Shown one piece after another: positions 54,840-64,000 of a stretch of DNA of 64,000 bases. Below the pieces are notes generated by a model. It was not told the origin of the DNA. It saw nothing but the letters and a program-made list of their open reading frames with translations, and did no database searches. Numbering within the stretch: position 1 is the stretch's first letter; the number at the start of each line of letters is the position of its first letter. Source of the DNA: Isurus oxyrinchus (taxonomy: Eukaryota); the NCBI GenBank assembly GCA_026770705.1, contig JANJGN010000041.1, forward strand, positions 1,674,001 through 1,738,000. The letters run 5' to 3'. The position numbers were made by a program, and so were the translations under genes.

Positions 54840-55450
54840 GGGAGTTATGGGTTTTGGACCATGTCGGAAGTTCGAGTACAGAGGGCTTGCAGGTCCGTTC
54901 TGACCTTAGTGAATAGTGGAGCAGGATAGGAGTGTCGATTGATCTGCTTCAGACGCTCAGCGCTATATTCAAATCTTAACTTTTCCCTAATTGTAAACAA
55001 CAAACATACATATTTACTCCTGTGCTCCAATCCTCTTACAAATAAAGCTAACGTGTCATCTGCCCTCTTAAGCGATTTCTTTACACACAAGCCCTCGTGT
55101 TTCAAAGTTTTTAAATATTATACTCTGCTTTAATAATATTAGTGTCGAAGTCAGTGAATTCACACTTCGACACATGACACTTCATGTAACATTATATTGA
55201 CAGCTCAATTCATCATTCTATATCTCTCTGCAACCTTTCTGATCTCCCCCTCAGCTAATCTTTCTCCTTAGGTCTATATGATCAGCAGGGTTTGATACAT
55301 AATTCTTTGTCCCTACTCTCGAGTCATTAAGATTGATTTTTGGAGCCATTCAGCAACTTTCAGCCTTTTAAATAGGAACAAGATAATGCCATTCTCAGCG
55401 TCAGGCATTTTAGAATAGGTCTACAATGCCTCGAGCCAGTTCTACAGAAA
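54840..55450 (-). mobile_element. CR1 LINE 3' part, decayed
   Basis: Minus-strand KRADDTLALFVRGLEHRSK resembles KKANGMLAFIxRGIEYKS. Confidence 0.6.
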
Positions 55451-55999
55451 TAGAAGAAGGCAATTTTGTCTTTCTTTTGTTTTTGTACAGACGAGGTGTG
55501 GGAGGGATTCAGACTCTGCCAATCCTATTACACAGGGAACGGGGGTAACACAATTAATTCTATTTTCTACCCTGTAACACAGGAGCTGGGGGATGTCATT
55601 TAGCACCCACAGCCTGTTGCCGTGGAACTCTGCGGGGGAATGACTGTACTGGAGCAATAAACACGTCATTGGAATGCTCCACACAAGCCCTAATGGAGGG
55701 CACAAATTTGAAAAAAAAATGCTCCTCTTGTAGAATTGCATATGCTGCGGAATATCAATGTTAAAGATTTCTTTGTTGTTGATGCTTTTCATGATATGAC
55801 AGTAACCAAGTGGAAGCTGTACTGTATGTTTCTGGTGCATGCGACCCTGAGGAATGGGGGATACATGTTGGTGAATTGAAGTTGCCAGATGATAACAAGG
55901 GTTTCAGTTAGCTCTCCCCGACATCGGTTTGTGTACCTCCTATTTATGACAAGATTTAAAAGAAGAAATGTTGGGCGTTTATGGTCAAGGAACGGATAA

Positions 56000-56182
56000 N
56001 NNNNNNNNNNNNNNNNNNNNNNNNNNNNNNNNNNNNNNNNNNNNNNNNNNNNNNNNNNNNNNNNNNNNNNNNNNNNNNNNNNNNNNNNNNNNNNNNNNNN
56101 NNNNNNNNNNNNNNNNNNNNNNNNNNNNNNNNNNNNNNNNNNNNNNNNNNNNNNNNNNNNNNNNNNNNNNNNNNNNNNNNNN
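56000..56182. other. Assembly gap (183 N)
   Basis: Run of N. Confidence 1.
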
Positions 56183-56199
56183 ACAATATGATTGAAAGT

Positions 56200-58240
56200 G
56201 TCCTCCACTTTCAAGTGGGGAAGAGTGTGCCTGAGTCAAGTGTTTAAGTGTAAAGATGGACATCTATTTGGGCATGCAAGCTAGAGTGAGCTGATGCGAA
56301 TGTGAATATTAGGCTTGGTGAGAGGTCAAAGGAGCAGCAGTGGCTGGCAGTTAATGAGGCATTTCAGAAGACTCAGAGTACGTATATCTCTGCAGTAAAG
56401 AAAGATTCTTAATGGAGGACCCACCATCCACGGATAAGTAAAAAAGTTAGTGAAAGCAGTCAGGTAATGGAAAACAGAATAAACCGTGCAAAATTTGTTG
56501 CCAGGTCAGGTTATTGGCCAGTTTAATAGTAACATCAAGGAATGGACTAAATGGTTACCGGGAATAAGAAATTAGAGTCTGAGGTGAAAAAAAAACCTAG
56601 AAATGTAAAACGTATAGAAACAGTTTCATCAGAGTTTTTTCGAAAGGAGAAGAGGCAGTAAAGGGAGTGATATTCCCTTTCTGCATTAAAAAGAGAGTCA
56701 ATATTAGCTAATAAGGGAATGGGGAAATAAATGAAGGCATATTTTGCTGCTGTATTCAGCACACAAGTAACACAAATGTTCCACTAATTGCTGGAAAGCA
56801 AGACAGGAAAGGAAGCGGTATCTTGGTGAAATCACAATCACTAGGAAAGAGGTCCTAAACAAACTGATGGAGCTGCAGGCAGACACGTCTCAGGGACCTC
56901 TGGAACATCATCCTAGGATCTTAAAAGAGGTGGCTAATAAAGTGGTAGATGCGTTTTTGCTTAAATTCCAATTTTAACAATTTTCGGGAAACATTCCATT
57001 CCAATGGGAGCACGAAAAGAACCTCACAATTCAACAAGGACGGGATATGGATAACAAGACACTATGGGCCAGTTAGCTTTACATCTGCCATGGGGACGGT
57101 GCTAGAAATGATCAGGCAGAAGTTTGTAGCTGGGCATTTAGAGATAATCAAGATAATTGGGAACATTATCCATGGTATTCTGAAAGGGACGTCTTGTTTA
57201 ACAATTATTTGCCGTTGTTTGAATTATAGACATGCATTGTGGATAAAGGGCTGATTTTGTATGTGCTGTATTTCGGACTCTCGGAAGGCATTTGATAAGA
57301 TGCCACATCAAAGTTTAGTTTAGATGAAAAATGTTCATGGCCAAAGGGTTAACTTATTAGCATTGATAGAAGATTGGGTAGCCAGCAGATTAGAGAGACG
57401 ATGGAGCATAATCTGGGATAATGGGAAGTTTTCACTTTGGCACAGACAATGAAAATAAAACTGGGTAATAATTAAACTGAGAAAGGCTGCAGGATTCCGA
57501 ACTGCAGGAGAATCAAGCTGGTCAAGTACATGAGTTGGAGAAAGTGGCCATGCAGGGAGAGCATGTAGTTTCAGAATGAAATGCTATGCTTTTTTTGTGA
57601 TGGGAATTGAAATTAAAAATAAGGATGCTCTGCTTCACTTAAGCAGATCATTGCTGAAATCTAGAATTTTGTGCGTCGTTTTGATTGCCCTGTTTATGCA
57701 AGGATGTGGATGCCTGGGGGCGCTTCAGAGAACGCTCACTAGGTTGTCACCTGGAATGAATGGAATGTGTTGTGAGGAAACTTTAAGAAGATCGGACTTG
57801 CCTGCACAGCATTTTACAGGAGGGGGGGAAATAATTGAATTCTATACGAACCTGAAAGCTTTGTCGAAGGCTGTGGGAATCCATCGTTGATGTTTTGGTT
57901 GAGCAGCGAATTAGGAGTCATTTTATTTTTAATTGCTTTGCCCTTGTAGCACACAATTTTTCTATTTGTTTGTGTGCGTTTTTGTTTGTTTCTCCTCGAG
58001 GTTATTCTGACGTTTGAACTCTCTGCATTAGAAGGCCGAGGAGGCCCGATCACTGAATATTGTTAAGATGGAGGCCAATATATTTTAGCCAGGAAGATTA
58101 ATCAAAGTTTATAGGGTTGGTTGGGATTTAGGTACTTGAAAAAATCAGATTCTCCATGAACTTAGTGAAAGGAGGAGAAGGCTCGATGTTCCAAATAGCC
58201 TATGTCTGCTCAAATCTTCTGTGTTTGTATGTTCGTAATC
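56200..58240 (+). mobile_element. CR1 LINE ORF2 RT through 3' end, decayed with internal deletions
   Basis: DTSQGPLEHHPRILKEVA, YGPVSFTSAMG, HGILKGTSCLT, KAFDKMPH motifs; 3' tail GGCTCGATGTTCCAAATAGCCT...TATGTTCGTA. Confidence 0.85.
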
Positions 58241-59089
58241 GTGACAACATGGACCAATTTGATCAAAACAATATAAACTTAAAATTTAAGTTCTTATCAG
58301 AGCGGTAGAGTTCAGAGTGCACAAAGGCGATGGATGAATGAGGTTTCGTGAGATTTTGATATTAGGCAGCAGAGTTCGAGATGCACTTTGATCGCACAGA
58401 TTTGTAACTGGGTGTTGCCAGGAAAATAATTAGTAAAGTTGAGCCTGGATTTCTCAGAAGGACAGGTGAGACCTTGAGCAGCAGATGATCTGGAGTACAT
58501 GTTCTGATATCATGTTGGGGATCGAGTGATAAGCACTGGTTGAGTGTGATGATATGGAGGCGCTTGTCATTTAGTGTCAAGTAGATGGCAAAGGTTCTGC
58601 ACTGTTTGTTTCAGCATCAGATATTGGCCAGACACTGGTCCAGGAACGCATATTGATTAGAAATTAGGAAAAAGTCCGCCATCTTCACATTCTTGAGCAT
58701 CGCACATGTTAATGCCATGAATCATGGACTTTAGGCATAACATCTGGATATAATGATTTAACAGGAAGTCCGCCAAAGCAATGATAGGAGAATGAGTTAA
58801 CAAAATCATCAGTAAGTTAAGAATGGGTTGCCGAGTTAATAACTGGACGCCGAGATTCAAAAAATAAATACAAAGCAGGGCACATTAAATAGCTAGAATA
58901 GCAGCGTCAAACATCGCCCATAGAAATGCTCACTGAGTAGAGTATCTTATTGGGGCACAAACAGTAGCCACGATAACTAAGAAATATATTAAAACACTGG
59001 TCCGAAATGGGTCAGTTCGGCTTAGTTATCCACTAATCATTTGCAGAAATAACGTTGAAACTGTAAGATAATCCACTGCCCCTTGTTTG

Positions 59090-59288
59090 TACATTCCATT
59101 CTATTGTTCCTACATCGACTGCATTGTGGTAACATTCGAAACAATTGATCTCAGATGCATATTCAGTTATGCAACATTCAGTTCGTTTATTCTCAGATTC
59201 AAATGCATTCTGGAACATTTAATTCTGTTGTTCTCAGATTCAAAATGCATTGTTGTACCATCCTAATCTATTGTTCTTAGATTCAGAA
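59090..59288. repeat. Diverged ~42-bp minisatellite, ~5 units
   Basis: ACATT-like anchor at 59091, 59132, 59174, 59215, 59257; shared TTCTCAGATTCAAATGCATT. Confidence 0.8.
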
Positions 59289-59376
59289 CTGTGTAGGCAA
59301 ACTGGGTAAATGTTGCTCGAAAATGGAAATCCAACGGCAAAGTGGAGTCTCATTGACTGCCGCAGCGCCAGGCCTG

Positions 59377-59448
59377 TTTTCTTTAGTATAGTGGTGAATA
59401 TCCCCACCTTCCACACGGGACATCGGGGTTCCATTTACCAATGGGGAG
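59377..59448 (+). pseudogene. Degenerate tRNA-Asp-derived pseudogene; anticodon position reads TCC
   Basis: Colinear over 72 nt with vertebrate tRNA-Asp(GTC) (TTAGTATAGTGGTGAATATCCCC...CGGGGTTCCATT...GGGGAG); about 15 substitutions weaken the stems. Confidence 0.8.
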
Positions 59449-60474
59449 AAAAGTCATTGTTTGAATTGTGCGCTGTGGAATATGTGGTCATGCTTTTGAT
59501 TAGCAAATCGGTTTTCATCTCCCCATGATGATTTACCTAAAGAGCAGTTCCTCATCACTTGGGACAGAAGACAGATTTGCAAGTATACATTGTGAGTAAA
59601 CGTTTCTGGAAAGATCTGGGTATCAAAATCCCCTCTCGGTAACGGCACTTCAATCCATCATGCTGTCTGCTTCCATCTTGGAGACATCGCAATGTTTACA
59701 CAAAATTACGCATCCCAACGTTTATCCAGGGCACTTCATTCAAATGAATGAATCGACAACGGCGCAAGCCATATCAGATTTTTCGATAACCGATGAGGTC
59801 AACGTAATTCACATCAAAACCACGATTGAGCATCCAGGCCGAACTGACGACAACCCGCTCCAGGTAATATCACAGCTTTACATCGCCCGTAACCGAAGCT
59901 GTTGAAGCCTGAAATAAGTTTGCTATGGCCAGAGTGCCAACTGAAATGTACTCAGTGTATTTCGCTAAGCACCAAACTGGCAAACGCAGAAAGGAAAGAA
60001 CATTTGAAGTCACGAAAATGTCCATTCCACATTCCACACTTAAACGCCATTCTTGAATTTAGTCATTACTTGTGTTATGTGATCACTTCCCTTCAGCATA
60101 TATAAATTCAAGCCAAAAGAAATAACAACATTGCATGCAGTCGTCTCAAATGACCAAGATAATCTTGTGCAAAAACAGATTTTCGCCAAGAATCCCCTGG
60201 TTCTGTCAGCAACGCATCAAATATTTGCCGCCTGGTAATTTGTTGCACTTCAACTAACCTTCTGACTGTCAAATGAGTCTGGATTTTGAACGACACTCAA
60301 TAAACTCTTCAGAACACACGGTGCTTAAAAGTGAAATAAGCTATTCGATTTCACTTTTGCATGCAACCCGAATTATGCATGGCTTGTTCCTCACACCTAA
60401 CAGGTTCTCTCCCAAGTGAGACGAACAGGTGAAAAAAATGTCCGCTGGGCTAGAAAACCAATCAATTTTAATAG

Positions 60475-60575
60475 ACAACTAAATTATTGGAAAAAGTCAG
60501 CAGGCCTGAAAAAAATCTGTGGAAAGTAAGACACGGTTTACTTTACGAGTCTGTGTGGCACTTCCAAAAAACGGT
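60475..60575 (-). mobile_element. Old Penelope-like terminal fragment
   Basis: GGAAAAAGTCAGCAGGCCTG...ATCTGTGGA is a diverged match to the element end seen at 10045. Confidence 0.5.
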
Positions 60576-61459
60576 AATTTTTAAACTTTGTTTGGACGTG
60601 TTTGTAGATGTTGCTTTAAGCAGTCTATCCTCACCACATTACTCCACTCCTCTTTAGGCAGTTAACATTCAGTCTGAAATGAAACTAGCCGTGTGGATAT
60701 CCTATCCAGTCGCCTCATAAACGAATAAATCAAATCACGCTCTCCCCATGTAGCCTCCGCTCCTCTGACCTCAACTCCCTCTGCTGGTCCTCAATTCTGT
60801 ATCGACAGCTTTCCAGAAATTGATGATTTTTAACCCTTCGATCGAACGCCCTTTTTTATTTCTGTGCTGAAAGCTGATCATGAGATTTCAAGCTTTTTGT
60901 TATCCATTCTGCATTACGCCCCTTTCGTACACGGATCCTATTGCTGCACTAAGGCTTTATCTCTGAAGAGGGACCAAGAAGGACTTAAGATAGAGAGTGA
61001 GAGAGCCCATGATTTGGAAACGTTGCTTCTGTCAATATTGCTTATGTTGCTGCATGTAAAAGAAGAAATTAGCCTCTTCCAATACTGGTTATATGTCATG
61101 TTTAGCATCTGACAAATTGACATGGTTTTTGCGGATATTGGAAATAGAGCAGCGAGTGTCACTGCAGCAGAAAGGCGTTTGAAGCGTATGGCCGACTTTA
61201 ATTCCTTTCGAATTCTTTGCGAGACTTTGTGAGTGAAGAAATGAGTGAAATAGCTGAGGAAGAAGCAGCTTTGCTTCTGCACAACGGACAAAACCGATGC
61301 CATTCAACGATTTTTAAGAAAGAAGATTTATCCAGTATAAACCGATGGAAGGTAAGTGTCTGCATTGAGCAGGCAAAGTGTGTAACTATTGCTTCAAAAT
61401 GAAAATCTCACCGCAAACTGGAACCTTACTGGCTCCCTTGGAAAGCAGAAGCAGGCCGC

Positions 61460-61531
61460 TCCTCGTTCGTATAGTGGGGAGTATCCCCGCCTGTCACGCA
61501 GGAGACTGAGGTTTAAATTCCCGACGGGTAG
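61460..61531 (+). pseudogene. tRNA-Asp(GTC) pseudogene
   Basis: TCCTCGTTCGTATAGTGGGGAGTATCCCCGCCTGTCACGCAGGAGACTGAGGTTTAAATTCCCGACGGGTAG; about 10 substitutions from the canonical gene; B box GTTCGA changed to GTTTAA. Confidence 0.88.
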
Positions 61532-61699
61532 ACAAGTCCATGCTCATATATTGCGAGGTCGAAAGCGTTACCATGCTTTTGATTCGCAAACTGCTTTTAA
61601 TTTCCACAATGTGATTGACAGAATGGGTATCTACAGGAGAGAAGGCAGATTTGCTCAAATATAAAATGAGCAGATCTTCTGGACAGATGAGTTTATCAA

Positions 61700-61960
61700 A
61701 ATCACTTGTGATCAACGGCGCTTTCCGCCATTATTCTGTACCCTTACATCTTGTAAGCATCGAAACGATTACCCAAAATAACGCATTTCCATATGTGTCC
61801 ACTGCTTATACTGCCTGAGTTCCTGGTGCTGGTGCAGCACATCAATGTCGATGGAGTATTGAGTGCACGCTTTATATTCGGAGGTTAGTACATCTCTCAT
61901 GAAGCATTAAGAGAGAGAGGCGGAGGCAATTCATCCAATGGAAGCTGCGCTGCTTTTCAT
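61700..61960 (+). mobile_element. Possible Harbinger transposase relic
   Basis: SEVSTSL...QFIQ resembles the xEVTxAL...FIxF segment of HARBI1-type transposases; weak. Confidence 0.25.
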
Positions 61961-62049
61961 TTGCAATGTAGCTGACATGTGTCGGAACTCCATCAATGCA
62001 CATTGGCTCCATGACACTTGAACATTTTTCAAAATGAAAGCTACCAAAT

Positions 62050-62500
62050 GCAGTTTTTAAAATGATTCATTTGTTTTCTAAATTAACCTCAAAGCACCAT
62101 GTTGTTAATCCTTGTCTCCTCGTACTACCCCTCTCCCTGTAGTCACTTTCTGATATATTGCATCATTCATATACCATGTTTCCAAATCCCGAGATCTGCT
62201 CATCCCCTCCTTATCTCTGAAATCATCTCCTGCCCAATAATTAATTCAGGTATTAATGGTTCTCGAATTCACGCCTCATTTGCTTTGCTTGGCAGGAATG
62301 CATTCTGCTGCTGGAGCCTCGAACTCCTGTATTCCGTCTGTTCGCCTCTCCACCTCTCTCTTCCCGTTTTAGATAATCCCTAAAATAAAATGTTCTCATT
62401 TGAACTTGAGGTCGACTATTCCTAATATGTTTCGGGGAGGGTTTTGGTAATTTATCCCAATCTCAGGCTTCTGTGTGGCGCCTTGGGACATTTCTTCACT
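62050..62500 (+). mobile_element. L2-like LINE 3' end, old
   Basis: GRNAFCCWSLELLYS and CGCCTCTCCACCTCTCTC resemble GGRAFSxxGPKLWNSLP...RLSTSLSSF; tail CTGTGTGGCGCCTTGGGACATTT. Confidence 0.55.
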
Positions 62501-62574
62501 CACCTGGAGGGACAAAGATATCACCTTGCTAATTGGGCAGTGCAGATGCCTCCGTTCATCTCAGTTTGACACGA

Positions 62575-62940
62575 TTGGAGCACTCTGAGTATGGCTGGTC
62601 CCATATCCCTCACTTCTAACACAGTCTGAGGACCGTGTGCAGTGTTGGTGTCTGTATCCCTCTGCTAGAGCAACCTTGGAGAACTGTCCGCAGTTCTGGT
62701 CTCCATATCACTCGGTTAGACCACACTTGGAGCGCTGAGCAAAGTTCTGGTCACAATATCCCTCGGTTTGTTAACATTTGTAGCGCTGTGCACATTTCTG
62801 GTCTCGATATCCCTCTGTTAGACCGCACTTGGAGCGTTGTGCACAGATCCGGTCTCCATATCCATTCGTTAGCCGAAGCATGGATCTCTGAGCACAGTTA
62901 TGGTCTAATATGCGTTGGTTAGACCACACCTGGAGTATTG
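62575..62940 (+). repeat. 51-bp minisatellite, ~7 units, derived from CR1 ORF2 sequence
   Basis: TATC anchor at 62604, 62655, 62706, 62757, 62808, 62859; consensus GTTAGACCACACTTGGAGCACTGTGCACAGTTCTGGTCTCCATAT encodes VRPHLEHCAQFWSPY. Confidence 0.88.
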
Positions 62941-64000
62941 CGATGAAGTGAAGCAATTGTGTGCAAAGTTATTTCCGCTCCCACGACCAAACCCCACAAC
63001 CACCAAACGCGCAGTGGAGTTAATCATGTTGTGCTTATTGCTGCTTCCGTTTTATTTCATCATATAACCTTCGGATTTCCAGATTTATATTGGCGCTCAT
63101 GAGATTTCAAGTTTCCAAATTCACAGACGTGAGTGAACATATGAACCATTGAACTGTGGGTCACAGGCATGATGGATTGCTTGCGTTTGTGAACAAAGAG
63201 TTTTGTGAATTAAAGATAGAGCAAGAGGTCATTTTGGTCCAGCAAACTGGCCTCACCAGATCAGGCTGCTTGTTGTTATTAGTTATCTTTCAAGACAGAG
63301 TGCTGAAGAACGGGACTTCTGAGCAAACACACCAAACAATGCAAATGGGATTTCTCAACATCAGCTTTGAAAACCAGCAAGCCTGAAAACAATTGTTTCT
63401 GAAAGCGAAATTCATAAAGGAAACTGGACATCAGCTTCTATTCACCCATTTCAAAGGGAAATGTACCTGACGTTTAAGGGGATAAACAAATTCCAACTTT
63501 CAAAAGAAGAACGCTAGTCGGAAACAGTTCAGGCGGCTCCTTGAAAAAAACATGTTTTTTTTGGAAGAAATAAATTGAACACTAAATTCAACATGGAGCA
63601 ACATTAAAAATCGGACACAGCTAAAAGGTTACTTCTGTCAAACCAAAATTATACCTGAAGAAAGAACAAACAGGGCAACACATGCTAATAACTGGAGTCA
63701 AGCGTTTGATTCCAATTTCAAAGATATTATCAAAAATTTTCCTTTTCAGCGCATTCGACCATGACTCAGTGCCAATGGCGCTCTAATTTGAAAACAAAAT
63801 GCAGAACAATCATCACAAAATCGGTCAAACCTTCTCTGTCAGGCTTCAAGGCCATGCTGCCACCAGTGTATTACTCAGGGGTGCAAAATAAACTGGAAGT
63901 TTTGACAGATCAAAAATGACTTGCGGTCGCCCAGGACACAGTTTGAAGAACATTACATGCTATCATCATGCCATTACAAGCCAACAAGCTATTACTAAAT
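62941..64000 (+). repeat. Copy 2 of the direct duplication (runs off the window end)
   Basis: ~97% identical to 14038-15098. Confidence 0.95.

Noticed and set aside
55789-56263. ORFs spanning the N run
   Set aside because: Artefacts of the assembly gap
61460-61531. Functional tRNA-Asp gene
   Set aside because: T-loop/B box destroyed (GTTTAA) and mismatches in the acceptor, anticodon and T stems; kept only as a pseudogene
62635-62922. 95-aa ORF with 17-aa periodicity as a repeat protein
   Set aside because: By-product of the 51-bp minisatellite; no proper start or splice context

Overview
Eukaryotic, repeat-dense vertebrate DNA, most likely from a shark or other cartilaginous fish (inferred from the repeat types and the receptor family). 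One credible protein-coding gene is present: a two-coding-exon class A GPCR of the GPR139/GPR142-like type on the + strand. Its exon 1 (36916-36985) is missed by the ORF track, exon 2 is 45285-46186, and the product is about 323 aa. The rest is mostly decayed retroelements (CR1-clade LINEs on both strands, RTE, L2, Penelope-like elements, probable Gypsy/ERV and Harbinger relics), several diverged minisatellites, microsatellites, two tRNA-Asp pseudogenes and a 183-N assembly gap. Most notable: (i) a ~97% identical direct duplication, 14038-15098 versus 62941-64000, bracketing the GPCR at ~48.9 kb spacing; (ii) a young Penelope-like insertion with a 12-bp TSD carrying a minimal hammerhead-ribozyme-like motif with a non-canonical core; (iii) a 51-bp minisatellite built from a CR1 ORF2 motif that ends exactly at the duplication junction. 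I see no firm evidence for a wholly new biological system. The best leads are the divergent orphan GPCR in a possible duplication unit and the ribozyme variant. Boundaries of old repeats are approximate and family calls rest on motif recall, not database searches.
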